IMG/VR virus record: IMGVR_UViG_3300037755_001058
Span: 27,854 to 91,853 of that record
Reading direction: 5' to 3' (one strand)
Length of the DNA stretch: 64,000 bases
DNA from: a virus
How positions within the stretch are numbered: position 1 is the stretch's first letter; the number at the start of each line of letters is the position of its first letter. The notes beneath the pieces are model-generated. The model did no database searches and was not told where the DNA came from. It worked only from the letters and a program-made list of their open reading frames with translations. The translations under genes were made by a program, and so were the position numbers. Of this stretch, positions 17,708 through 27,063 are shown piece by piece.

Positions 17708-18820
17708 ATGGATAGCAGCATGACGATGGAAGATCTCGCTCGTACCGTGGAGGCCCTCCCTCAGCCTACCGATGTCCCGGTGTCCCTCGATTGGGACTGG
17801 GACATCGACGACGACTTCCGTATCCGCTTCGGCGGGCGAATCGCCCCTGCTCTGGCCATGTACCAGGGCAAGAGCATGTTCGACGCCAAGGTCGATCTCA
17901 CCGGAACGCGGTGCCTTCAGCTCGAGGCCCGTTGGGCCAAGGTCCAGAACGTCGACGCCGCAACACTGGCCAAAGCGGAGCGTGCCGCTGTGGCCCTTCG
18001 CCATCAGGTGGCGAGTCTGAACGCTGCCATGGCCGCCACGGATGACATCGACGCCACCGCCCGAACCTACATCGACGAGTCCGGCAACGAAGTGGTCGGA
18101 GGCCTGGTGAGCCGTCGGTACGCTCCGATCAGCCACCTTCGCCTCGTCGAGCTGATGATGGACAACGTCCAGTTCGACTCGGCAGTCGTTCAGAAGGCTC
18201 GGGTGAGCCCTTCCAGGCTCGACGCTGTCATCATGCTCGATGGGTCGAGCTGGAAGGTCGACGGGGGGATCAAGAGCGGGATGCGGTTCCGCAACGGCCA
18301 GTTCGGCGACTACTCCTACGGGTGGGAGGGCATGCTGTTCTGGTTGCTCTGTACGAACGGGATGATGGACGTCGTGGCCTCCGAGGAGATGCTGCACCGT
18401 CACGTGAAGCGGGAGGGGATCGATCTCGGCGCAGACCTCGCCGCGGCAATGCAGCGTGGCGACGAGATGTTCGACCGTAGCCGATTGGCTACCGAGGTCA
18501 AGATCGACGTTCCCCACCTGATGGTGGAGCTGTTCCGTCGTGGATTCTTGACCAGGGGCTCGCTGCGCGAGACTGCCAAGCAGCTCGAGTCCATGGGCGG
18601 AGTGGCTGGCCACCAGCGCGACTCGACGCTCTGGGGTGCCAGCCAGGTCGTCACCGCCGCAGCCCGGAAGTACAGCTTCGGCCAGTACGACTCCATGGGA
18701 CGCCTCGCTGGGCGTCTCGTGTTCAAGGGTGTCGACCCGGTACTCGCCAGCAAGCCTCTTCCGAACGACGCCCCGAACTCCGATGAGATCTACGAGGAGT
18801 TCTTCGCGGCAGCCGCGTGA
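17708..18820 (+). CDS. DUF932-like protein
   Basis: GLVSRRYAPISH, RN...G, WLLCTNGM resemble DUF932/DUF945; AGGAGA SD. Confidence 0.6.
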   Translation: MDSSMTMEDLARTVEALPQPTDVPVSLDWDWDIDDDFRIRFGGRIAPALAMYQGKSMFDAKVDLTGTRCLQLEARWAKVQNVDAATLAKAERAAVALRHQVASLNAAMAATDDIDATARTYIDESGNEVVGGLVSRRYAPISHLRLVELMMDNVQFDSAVVQKARVSPSRLDAVIMLDGSSWKVDGGIKSGMRFRNGQFGDYSYGWEGMLFWLLCTNGMMDVVASEEMLHRHVKREGIDLGADLAAAMQRGDEMFDRSRLATEVKIDVPHLMVELFRRGFLTRGSLRETAKQLESMGGVAGHQRDSTLWGASQVVTAAARKYSFGQYDSMGRLAGRLVFKGVDPVLASKPLPNDAPNSDEIYEEFFAAAA

Positions 18821-18856
18821 TATCCCCAGCAGGGGGCCATCCACCACACCAACACT

Positions 18857-18899
18857 CACTTCCGCTTACCCCTAGGATGGTCCTAGGGTAGCGGAAGTG
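18857..18899. terminator. Long stem-loop (terminator or regulatory hairpin)
   Basis: CACTTCCGCT-TACCCCTAGGA-tgg-TCCTAGGGT-AGCGGAAGTG. Confidence 0.65.
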
Positions 18900-18958
18900 G
18901 CTATCGAAGAGGGACACATGACCAACTATGCGGAAGACGTCCGAGCCTGGATGCCCCT

Positions 18959-21613
18959 GTGACGGCGGGCCGCGCGTTCCATACCGATAGTCGCACGTGG
19001 AGCAACTTCCAGCCGAACGAACTGGTCAAGCTCTGCGGCGTCCCGATGGGCCGGTGGCCCGTGTACGTCGTCAAGGAGCTCCTCGACAACGCCGTGGCGG
19101 CGCTTGAGGAACACGCTCTTCGGGTGCCGATGATTCGTGTGACGGTGACCAAGGACTACGTTGAGGTCATGGACAACGGTCCTGGCATCTCAGACGTCGT
19201 TCTCGAGAAGGTCCTGGACTTCGAGCGGTTCGGTGGTAGCAACCGTCATCACAAGCTGCCAACCAGGGGGGCCCAAGGCAACGCGATCATGACCATCGTC
19301 GGGATCGCCTCCGCCTGGGCACCGGACCGAAGCATCGAGGTCTCGCGGCCCTCTGGACCCCGAGTCGCACTGGATGTGAAGCTCGACAAGGTCCTGCAAG
19401 AGGTCAAGGTCGAGACCATCACTGTAGGCGAGCCAGGGCCGTCTGCCATCAGGGTGCCGTGGCCGGTCGAGGTCCCGTGGAAGCGGGGTGGCTCTTCGTT
19501 CGAGGATGTTGTCTCCACGATCAGAGACTTCTCCTGGATGAACCCCCACGTACAGTTCATGATGACGGACTCCACTGGGAAGTCCACGGCGACCAGGTCG
19601 GTCCTGATGGAGCCCGGGGCCACAGCCGCAATGCGCGGATCGTTCTCATGTGGTGCCGCATCCTGGTTCACCAGAGACGAGTTCTACGAGAGGATGGCTG
19701 CAGACGTTCGTGCCAGACCCGACATCATGATGTCGGACTGGTGCAAGGAGTTTGCCTTCTCGAAGGTGGGCCCGGCCGTGCTGTCCCTCTCCGGAGAGCC
19801 CGATGGGACGCTGTCCGCCAAGGTAACGGTGGACAGCGGGCACAAGGTGTCGTCATTCCTTCAGGGCCTCGTCCTCGGATGCAGCAACCTGAAGCTGGCG
19901 GAGAATCCACAGTTCGTACCGCTGGGCAAGGATCGGATGGCAGGGTTTCTGACCTCGGAGCGTGGGTCAGATCGTGACTGTGATGCCCAGTACCATTCGC
20001 TCACCGGGTCATTCGGCGACGGCGATACCAAGGTCCCATTCCTGGTGGAGGTCTGCCTTCAGCAGATGCCTGACAGGGTCAGGTACTCGCCAGAGCCAAC
20101 ACTGGCGATGAACCGTACCGTGCTGTACGGCTCTCCGTCGTTCCGGCGGAAGGACGGCTTCCAGTGGCGCGAGAAGGTCCGTGGCAACTGGCATGGCCTG
20201 GATGGGGACTTGGGGGCCCTGGCCAGGGCGTACCAAATCGACCACGGGAAGACGCCGGCGGCTATCCTGGTCCATGTGACCTGTCCATCGCCGGGGTACG
20301 CCGGCTATGGCAAGCAGCAGTTCGACACCTCATGGCTGGCCGGACCACTCAGCCAGTGCTTCGAGCGCGTGACGCTCGAGGTCAGGAGACAGCGGGCTGG
20401 AGAGGCTCGACGTAAGAACGCGAACCGCCCGAAACGGGATACCATCCGTGAGGAGATGTTCCGACTCGTTCCAGGTGTACTGGACGAGGTCACCGATAGC
20501 GGAAAGTACGAGCCGCTCATCAGGCAGTTCTACTACTCCTTCAGGAAGGAGTGGTACACTCAGGACGATCGAGAGCTTCACTACGGAACGTTCTGTGCGT
20601 ACGTCGACGAGTACGAGCGCAGCATCGGAAGGTTGGTCTGTCTGAGAGACCCCCGTGGAACCCTGTACGAGCCACATAGCAACAAGGTGGTCCGCCTCGG
20701 TACGAGCGATGTGCGGGACTACAAGCCGAAGAAGTGGGAGGGCCACACCATCATCTTCGTCGAGAAGGAGAACCTCGCCTCTCAGATGAGGGCGATGAAC
20801 ATCCACAAGCGGTGGGATGCCATCATCGTCGGGTCCAAGGGGTTCGCCGTCGAGGCCATCCGGGAGGTACTCCAAAAGTACCGACGGCTGCTCGGAGATC
20901 TGGTGAAGATCGTCGTCCTGCACGACGCCGACCCGGCAGGGTACATGATCGGATACGATCTGGCCACCAACCTCCCGAGGTTCGGTGATACGGTCGACGT
21001 CCAGGTCATCGACGTCGGTCTCACGATCAGAGATGCTGTCACCATGGGGCTTCAGGACGAACCATTCGACCTGTCCAAGCAGGTCTGGTCGATGATCACG
21101 AAGACCATGATGACCAAGACCCTCAAGGACCCTGACGGAACCACTCGGCCCCTGCTAGAACCGGAGGCGCGTGACTCCTTCGTTCCGAGCATCTGGCAGG
21201 GCGCCGAGTATCCATCCTGGGCTGACAAGCCTCGCGGTCGACGAGTGGAGCTCAACGCGATGCCTCCACGAGAATTCGAGGCTTGGGTCGAAAGGAATCT
21301 GGAGATACATGGCTGCAGGAAGGTCAGGCCACCGGATGAGGTCGTGAGCGAGCAGATGGTGAACGCTCGAACGAACGCCATCACGAACCAGACCGGCGAA
21401 CTGTTCATGCGCCTGATGGGTCAGGAAGTGGTTGATGAGGTGCTGCGCGAGATCGGCGTGCCATCGTACGATCTGGACTCTGTTCTGGAGAGCCGGCCTG
21501 AACAGCACTGGCACTACCTGGTCACCAGAGCTGCCCAGTCCGGACAGGACATCGGCCAGGCAGTGGAACGGGTGATGAAGCGGCGGTTCCCCCAAATGTT
21601 CGGAGGTGGGTGA
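18959..21613 (+). CDS. Fused type IIB DNA topoisomerase (Topo VI B+A in one chain; Topo VIII-like)
   Basis: GHKL boxes KELLDNA, DNGPGIS, RGAQGNA; Spo11/Top6A-type RQFYY (catalytic Tyr), FVEKE, SKGF, HDADPAG, RRVELNAM. Confidence 0.85.
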   Translation: MTAGRAFHTDSRTWSNFQPNELVKLCGVPMGRWPVYVVKELLDNAVAALEEHALRVPMIRVTVTKDYVEVMDNGPGISDVVLEKVLDFERFGGSNRHHKLPTRGAQGNAIMTIVGIASAWAPDRSIEVSRPSGPRVALDVKLDKVLQEVKVETITVGEPGPSAIRVPWPVEVPWKRGGSSFEDVVSTIRDFSWMNPHVQFMMTDSTGKSTATRSVLMEPGATAAMRGSFSCGAASWFTRDEFYERMAADVRARPDIMMSDWCKEFAFSKVGPAVLSLSGEPDGTLSAKVTVDSGHKVSSFLQGLVLGCSNLKLAENPQFVPLGKDRMAGFLTSERGSDRDCDAQYHSLTGSFGDGDTKVPFLVEVCLQQMPDRVRYSPEPTLAMNRTVLYGSPSFRRKDGFQWREKVRGNWHGLDGDLGALARAYQIDHGKTPAAILVHVTCPSPGYAGYGKQQFDTSWLAGPLSQCFERVTLEVRRQRAGEARRKNANRPKRDTIREEMFRLVPGVLDEVTDSGKYEPLIRQFYYSFRKEWYTQDDRELHYGTFCAYVDEYERSIGRLVCLRDPRGTLYEPHSNKVVRLGTSDVRDYKPKKWEGHTIIFVEKENLASQMRAMNIHKRWDAIIVGSKGFAVEAIREVLQKYRRLLGDLVKIVVLHDADPAGYMIGYDLATNLPRFGDTVDVQVIDVGLTIRDAVTMGLQDEPFDLSKQVWSMITKTMMTKTLKDPDGTTRPLLEPEARDSFVPSIWQGAEYPSWADKPRGRRVELNAMPPREFEAWVERNLEIHGCRKVRPPDEVVSEQMVNARTNAITNQTGELFMRLMGQEVVDEVLREIGVPSYDLDSVLESRPEQHWHYLVTRAAQSGQDIGQAVERVMKRRFPQMFGGG

Positions 21614-21984
21614 TGGAACCCTGCGACGGTTGCGGTGCCACCGGCACCTACGACTCTGAGCTCCCAGGATACCGCATCAAGGTCTGCAACTGTGAGACCG
21701 TCAGGAGCGTGGTCCAACACCCGCAGCGTCCCATGCCCCCGAAGAGGTGGGCCAACCGTCGGGGCAAGCTCAACGGGCTCGTGGCGCTGCGCCGCGTCCT
21801 CGACAGCTCCTGGCTCCGCAGGTATGCCAGGGAGGCCCTCACGGACGAGGAGCTGCGTCTGGAGATCGAGCGTCGAACCATGGTCGAGGCCAGGGCAGAG
21901 TCTGTGCGGAAGGTCGATCGACGGAAGGCAATGGCCAGTTTGGTAAGGGCAGTCGGTGAGTTCGTCAGGGGAGGTCACGAATGA
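21610..21984 (+). CDS. Hypothetical protein with an N-terminal CxxC...CxC
   Basis: PCDGCGATG...VCNC; overlapping start and stop with neighbours. Confidence 0.6.
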   Translation: MMEPCDGCGATGTYDSELPGYRIKVCNCETVRSVVQHPQRPMPPKRWANRRGKLNGLVALRRVLDSSWLRRYAREALTDEELRLEIERRTMVEARAESVRKVDRRKAMASLVRAVGEFVRGGHE

Positions 21985-22754
21985 TCATGGATACCCGACT
22001 GATGCTTCAGGTGCGAGAGGTACCTAGCATCGATCTGTACGGGCTCTGGCTGTACATCGAAGCAGCTCTTCCGATGGATGGGTATCGACGTTGGATGATT
22101 CCAACTGGTGGGACCCACGGCTTCGATGGGGCCAAGACTTGGCTATCGATGGTCGATTCATCCACGCGCGACCGAGTGCTCCGACTACTCGCCGACATGA
22201 AGGGATTAGAGCCTGAGTGCGGATCTCCTGGGTGGTGCTACTGGGATTCCGACTGGTGCGTCGGTGGGCCTGTGAAGGGATGGGTGCTAGGCTTCCGGGC
22301 ACAGATGCCTGTGTGGTGGTCAGTCCATCATCTTGACCCCAGAGATGATACCCGTCTCCAGGATGGTTCTCGCCGTGTGGCGGCGCTGGCTCTGGCCGAT
22401 GTCGCACGACGCGAGTGTGCGCCATACCAACAAAACCTAGTTCACTCACACGGGGAGCGGGCGATGAGCAAGAAGCGAGTGATCCTCATCATCACCGAGG
22501 ACCCGGACAGCGTCGAGGTTCGGATGGTCAGGCCTGAAACGTTGCTCCGTGGTCATCGGTACGATGCCGTCATCACCGCCGATACGCTTCCGAGCATCGT
22601 CGTGGACGACCTGGGGCCGCCGCGGGAGGTGAGCTCGGCTGATATCGAGAAGATGAAGCGGTGGTGGGAACGCGACGTGCTACCGGCGCAGCGTCGGTTC
22701 GTTCAGGAGTACCAGCAGGAACCGTTCATTCAGAAGGAGGGCGACGATGGGTGA
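21981..22754 (+). CDS. Hypothetical protein; internal in-frame start at 22464 gives a terminase-like peptide
   Basis: GGAGG SD; second SD GGGGAG plus ATG at 22464. Confidence 0.55.
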   Translation: MIMDTRLMLQVREVPSIDLYGLWLYIEAALPMDGYRRWMIPTGGTHGFDGAKTWLSMVDSSTRDRVLRLLADMKGLEPECGSPGWCYWDSDWCVGGPVKGWVLGFRAQMPVWWSVHHLDPRDDTRLQDGSRRVAALALADVARRECAPYQQNLVHSHGERAMSKKRVILIITEDPDSVEVRMVRPETLLRGHRYDAVITADTLPSIVVDDLGPPREVSSADIEKMKRWWERDVLPAQRRFVQEYQQEPFIQKEGDDG

Positions 22755-23154
22755 CCACTGCTGGGATCTTCCCTGGGCGGAAGAGGCCAAGTTCGGTGAG
22801 CCACCAATGGGCGAATTCAACTGGGCGTTGGACCAGATAGGTCCAGAACTCAAGCCTGGAGATTCGCAGATCCTGGGCATTTGCGAAGGACACGGATCTA
22901 CCGTCTACCTCAAGAGGAAGGACGACGGCACGCTGTGGTTCACCCATGGGCGCGTGTTCGTTCCCAATCTGGGAAGTGTCTGCCCCAGGCCAAGGCTGGT
23001 GCACAGACCCAAGCGGTGGTTCGACGGTCTCGCACTCTTGCGTGGCCTCTGGTGTCAGATGAGACGCCACTTCATCGTCATCGAGACGTTCGACATCGAC
23101 CAGGAGTGCTGGCGGTGCGAGGACTGCGGCATTCATTGGTGGGACCGGAAATGA
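22747..23154 (+). CDS. Hypothetical protein with a C-terminal CxxCxxC
   Basis: AAGGAGG SD; CWRCEDCG. Confidence 0.6.
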   Translation: MGDHCWDLPWAEEAKFGEPPMGEFNWALDQIGPELKPGDSQILGICEGHGSTVYLKRKDDGTLWFTHGRVFVPNLGSVCPRPRLVHRPKRWFDGLALLRGLWCQMRRHFIVIETFDIDQECWRCEDCGIHWWDRK

Positions 23155-24800
23155 GTACAGAGCCTGACTGGCAGTCCTACATTCCGGAAGTCAGCCTCCG
23201 GCCACAACAGTTCGACGCCCTGTCTCAGATCTGGGATGTCCTGTACGTTCAGGACAGAAGGGTTTGCATCCTCGAGGCACCGACCGGTGTTGGCAAGAGC
23301 CTGATCCAGCTTGCACTCTGCAGGCACAACGCCGCGCACGGCAAGAGATCGTACATCGTGACACCTCAGAGGGTTCTCCAAGATCAGATGCGGTCCTGGG
23401 ATGAGGTGGCCGTCATGAAGGGCAAGTCGTCGTATGACTGTAGACTTGTGGCATCATGTAGCGCCGCCACCGCCCCGTGTACCCTAGACTCGGATGTTCG
23501 CAACCAGAATGCTGGCGATTGTTCCGTGGGACGGTGTCCGTACTTCACGGCACTGGACACGGCGCAGAACTCCTCGGTAGTGGTTCACAACTACGCCAGC
23601 CTTCTGTCTCAGGCACACATCGGCCGTCATTTCACCACGCGCGGTCTGCTGTGCTTGGACGAGGGTCATACAGCTGTGGACTGGATTCGCAACTACATGA
23701 CGGTTGAGATGACGCCTGGTGACGTGCGAGAGCTGACGTCGCTATCACCACCAGAGAAGATCGAGCTGTTCATGCCGTGGCTTCGCTGGATCCTCTCGAA
23801 CGTGGACGAGGTACCGAAGGGTCTCAGTGACCAGCTGAAGGTTACACTCATGCGTCTGTTGGCTTGGCGTAAGCCGTTCGGTTTGTTGACCAAGCTGCAG
23901 CTCGAGGCGATGTTCGAAGAAGACCCCAAGTTCGCCTCGTACGAGGCCGACGCCAAGAACCGGTTGTTGGACTCCGGTGACGTACCGTTTGCCACGGTAT
24001 GGAACGAACCGACCAAGTGGCGTGATGAGGGATGGTGGACTACGATACCACTTCGGGTGGCCCCCATGGCTGGGGCGCTGACGGAGTTGGGTGACAAGGT
24101 GCTCGTAGTGACGGCCACAGTACTCAATCGGCCGCTGCTGGCGGCTGAATTGGGACTCAACGCCGAAGAAGCCGGCCTTGTGATGATCGATTCCGCCTTC
24201 GAACCTGGCAACCGCCCAATCGTTCGAAGGTACAGCGGGAAGATGAGCCAGCGACACCAGAGGTCGACGTTTCCCAAGCTCATCGACGAGCTCTGTCGGA
24301 TCGCTGCCCGGCACCACGACGAGCCTGGGATGGTACATACCGTCAGCCATCGGCTTTCAGCAGAGATCTGCTACGAGCTGAGAAACCGTCTGGGAGGACG
24401 AACGGTGGAACAGCTCCCCACCGGTGGCGCTCGAGAGCTGATCATCCATAGGTTCCTGTCTGGAGGCCTCGGACCGAATGCCATCCTGGTGGGTCCATCG
24501 CTCATCGAAGGGGTAGACGGAGAGGGAGACTCCTGCCGGTGGCAGGCCATGTGCAAGGTGCCGTGGCCATTCATGGGTGACCCAGTGGTGAAGTACATCA
24601 GGTCCAGGCCGGGGCAAACGGCGAAGTCTTGGGCCGAGGCATGGTACACCTGGAAGGCAGCTCAGGCAACGGTCCAGGGCATCGGTAGGGTCTGCCGGAC
24701 CCCCCACGACTTCGGCACCACGTATCTGCTGGATTCAGGGTTCGACACGATCCTGAAGTCCAAGTACGTTCCAGACTACGTCAAGGCAGCCATCACCTGA
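23151..24800 (+). CDS. DinG/XPD-family SF2 helicase with Fe-S cysteines
   Basis: Q motif LRPQQ, EAPTGVGKS, Cys cluster, DEGH, TAT, EGVD..GD.CR...KVPWP, QGIGRVCR..HDFG..YLLD. Confidence 0.88.
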   Translation: MSTEPDWQSYIPEVSLRPQQFDALSQIWDVLYVQDRRVCILEAPTGVGKSLIQLALCRHNAAHGKRSYIVTPQRVLQDQMRSWDEVAVMKGKSSYDCRLVASCSAATAPCTLDSDVRNQNAGDCSVGRCPYFTALDTAQNSSVVVHNYASLLSQAHIGRHFTTRGLLCLDEGHTAVDWIRNYMTVEMTPGDVRELTSLSPPEKIELFMPWLRWILSNVDEVPKGLSDQLKVTLMRLLAWRKPFGLLTKLQLEAMFEEDPKFASYEADAKNRLLDSGDVPFATVWNEPTKWRDEGWWTTIPLRVAPMAGALTELGDKVLVVTATVLNRPLLAAELGLNAEEAGLVMIDSAFEPGNRPIVRRYSGKMSQRHQRSTFPKLIDELCRIAARHHDEPGMVHTVSHRLSAEICYELRNRLGGRTVEQLPTGGARELIIHRFLSGGLGPNAILVGPSLIEGVDGEGDSCRWQAMCKVPWPFMGDPVVKYIRSRPGQTAKSWAEAWYTWKAAQATVQGIGRVCRTPHDFGTTYLLDSGFDTILKSKYVPDYVKAAIT

Positions 24801-24812
24801 AGGAGAACGCGC

Positions 24813-25691
24813 ATGTTCTACATCGACAAGGACACACAACGTGTTCGACGGATCGTGACGGTGGAGACCGAAGCTCCAGACTTCATCCACGCTACCGTCG
24901 TGGCTGGGTTCCGTGAGATGCGATCCACCGCCGGACGACGCCCTGGACCGGAGTGGAGGCCGGACCCCAAGTTTCAGGGGGACTCGAGGAAGTGGCTCTC
25001 GTACAAGGCGGTCATCAAGGAGGGGGTGATGATCCGTCGCGAGGATATCACTCCAGAGTACCCGAGGGGCGCCGAGAAGTACCAGTTCGGCCGAGAGACT
25101 TACGACGGGATCGTCAGGCCCATCGTCAAGAGTGCGATCGATGCACGTCCTGCGCGTCGTCGGAAGGTCCCGCTGTCGATCCGTGAGGCGGTCGTGGACA
25201 ACGAGTGCGAGCGCGCCGGGGTACCGAAGCTCGAACCCGAGGAACTCGAGTCGATCGTCGCTTCCATCCAGAAGGAGATCACCGAGCCCAATGCCGAGAA
25301 GCGCGAGAAGGCCCGACGGGCCATCGTGGCGGATGGGAGGACGATCGTACCGGCTCAGAAGGAGCCCCCTGTGGAGGAGCCCCCTGTGGAGGAGCCCCCT
25401 GTGGAGGAGCCCCCTGTGGAGGACAGCGGAAGTGCCGTCGAGAAGCGCGAGAAGGAGAACTCTCGATGGTCGGACAGTCTCTCGATGGTCGTCAACAACA
25501 ACGAGGATGGAGACCTCTTCGAAGAGGCGGTGGCCGTGAGAGGATGGCCGATCCCTCTGGTCGCCGATGCCAAGCGTCGGGTGAAGGGAGCGGCTGGTGT
25601 CACTCTCGCCTTCGCGGCGAAGACCAACTACAACCCGGACAAGCACGGAACCGTGAAGAGCCACGAGATCGAGACTGGTACCAGCGAGTAA
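24813..25691 (+). CDS. Hypothetical protein with EPPVE repeats
   Basis: AAGGAG SD; biased codon usage. Confidence 0.75.
   Translation: MFYIDKDTQRVRRIVTVETEAPDFIHATVVAGFREMRSTAGRRPGPEWRPDPKFQGDSRKWLSYKAVIKEGVMIRREDITPEYPRGAEKYQFGRETYDGIVRPIVKSAIDARPARRRKVPLSIREAVVDNECERAGVPKLEPEELESIVASIQKEITEPNAEKREKARRAIVADGRTIVPAQKEPPVEEPPVEEPPVEEPPVEDSGSAVEKREKENSRWSDSLSMVVNNNEDGDLFEEAVAVRGWPIPLVADAKRRVKGAAGVTLAFAAKTNYNPDKHGTVKSHEIETGTSE
25362..25421 (+). repeat. 4 x 15-bp tandem repeat GAGCCCCCTGTGGAG
   Basis: Read directly from the sequence. Confidence 0.95.
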
Positions 25692-25750
25692 TCGCGAACC
25701 AGCTCTCTGGCACTGATCGATCAACCAGGTTACCCTGAACCTGGGTAGGT

Positions 25751-26578
25751 GTGATGAAATTGTACGAGGCAGTCGTACTTGATGGGGTTCCTGAGCCCGA
25801 CCTGCCTGGCCACGTCAAGGCTCAGATCCCTGAGTTGTACGCCGACGCCGAGTACCCGTACCTCATCCCACCATTGTACCCCGGTCCGTCTCTAGGCGGA
25901 TGGCAGAGTGTCCCCTCGGCTGGTGAGGGGATTGCCGTCATCGACCTCGGAGGTGGATCGTTCAGATGGATCGGCACCCTCGACACGGCGGCCGCGATCG
26001 GTGCCAATCCAGCTGGAAGGGTTGGAGCTCGATCGAAGGACGGTCGGCATAGCATCATCATCGATGATACCTACGGAGTGCAGTTCGCGGTGCAAGATGA
26101 TGCAGCCGACGAGATGCAGTTCGTTCGTATCGATCCTGATGGGACCATCCAAATCAACACGGCCCTCGGTCACACGTTCCTGATGCAGACCGATGACGAA
26201 CTGGTCCATCTGCAGACTCCTGGTGGAAACATCCTCCAAATGAGCACCGATGGCATCATGATGGTCCACTCCGACGGGGTGGCCAGCATGGAGCTGAAGT
26301 CCGGTGACATCGCCACTCTCGGCGGAACGGTGGTACAGATCAGCGGTGGTAGTATCGAACTCGGAGATGGTTCGATTCCACCGACGAACCCATACATACT
26401 GTCACTCAGCTTCATGGCAGACCTCGCTCTCCTGTGTGCTGACGTGATCGCCATCGGTGCTGCCATTCCCACCATGTCACCGTACGTAGCGACGAATGCT
26501 GCGTCAATGTCTGGTAAGATCGGTTCATCACTAGGTGCAGGTGCGCCGTACCTCTCGACGAGGATCTACGGAGACTAG
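25751..26578 (+). CDS. Baseplate central spike (gp5/gpV/VgrG-like OB fold plus beta repeats)
   Basis: PDLPGHVKAQIP...SVPSAGEGIAV, then GHTF/GGNI beta-repeat pattern; first gene of the baseplate block. Confidence 0.7.
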   Translation: MMKLYEAVVLDGVPEPDLPGHVKAQIPELYADAEYPYLIPPLYPGPSLGGWQSVPSAGEGIAVIDLGGGSFRWIGTLDTAAAIGANPAGRVGARSKDGRHSIIIDDTYGVQFAVQDDAADEMQFVRIDPDGTIQINTALGHTFLMQTDDELVHLQTPGGNILQMSTDGIMMVHSDGVASMELKSGDIATLGGTVVQISGGSIELGDGSIPPTNPYILSLSFMADLALLCADVIAIGAAIPTMSPYVATNAASMSGKIGSSLGAGAPYLSTRIYGD

Positions 26579-26580
26579 AT

Positions 26581-26730
26581 ATGGCTACGCGCTGCAAATT
26601 CCCCGCGCTGCCAATCCCTGCCATCCCAAGCTTCACGTTTCCACCACCACTGCCGGCGCTACCGATTCCCAAGATACCATCGTTCAAGTGCATCCTCGAC
26701 GAAGTACTGGGGCCACCCCCGGAGAAGTGA
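26581..26730 (+). CDS. Small Pro-rich protein (49 aa; not in the ORF track)
   Basis: MATRCKFPALPIPAIPSFTFPPPLPALPIPKIPSFKCILDEVLGPPPEK; exactly fills the gap between the spike and gp25-like genes. Confidence 0.6.
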   Translation: MATRCKFPALPIPAIPSFTFPPPLPALPIPKIPSFKCILDEVLGPPPEK

Positions 26731-26733
26731 CGA

Positions 26734-27063
26734 ATGGCCAGAACCATGAAGTGGCCCCCGGTTCCGATCAACGGTCGGATCGGAATGGTAGAGGGGGTCG
26801 ACGCGACCAACATCCTGCTGCTACAGACTCTCGGGGATCTGCGGGCCAACCCTTTCAACGACGACAACATCTCGCTCGGCAACATCACCTACAAGCCAGT
26901 GGGTGTAGCCAAGGGACGAATTCAAGGAGCGCTAGAACGACTCCGAAGGATCGTGTCGGTAGAGTCGGTGGTGGAATCGGGTGATGTCGAGGATCGTACG
27001 TACACCATTCGGTTCACTGATCGCGAGACCAGGGTACGGTCAGAGGTAACGATCGATGGCTGA
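26734..27063 (+). CDS. gp25/GPW-like baseplate wedge subunit
   Basis: Size, position before the J-like gene, and the IQGALER.RRIVSVESV...YTIRF pattern. Confidence 0.6.
   Translation: MARTMKWPPVPINGRIGMVEGVDATNILLLQTLGDLRANPFNDDNISLGNITYKPVGVAKGRIQGALERLRRIVSVESVVESGDVEDRTYTIRFTDRETRVRSEVTIDG

Noticed and set aside
17555-18859. 434-aa - strand ORF (similarly 646-1692 and 5384-6451)
   Set aside because: Antisense shadows of well-supported + strand genes
22881-23150. N-terminal extension of the DinG helicase
   Set aside because: Overlaps the 22747-23154 gene; ATG 23151 with ATGA coupling directly precedes the Q motif
4195-24800. Cas4-like nuclease plus DinG helicase as a type IV CRISPR system
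   Set aside because: No repeat-spacer array and no Cas5/6/7 genes are visible; the two genes are about 18 kb apart and both occur as stand-alone phage genes
1795-25421. Tandem repeats at 1795 and 25362 as CRISPR arrays or DGR repeats
   Set aside because: They are spacerless, in-frame coding microsatellites
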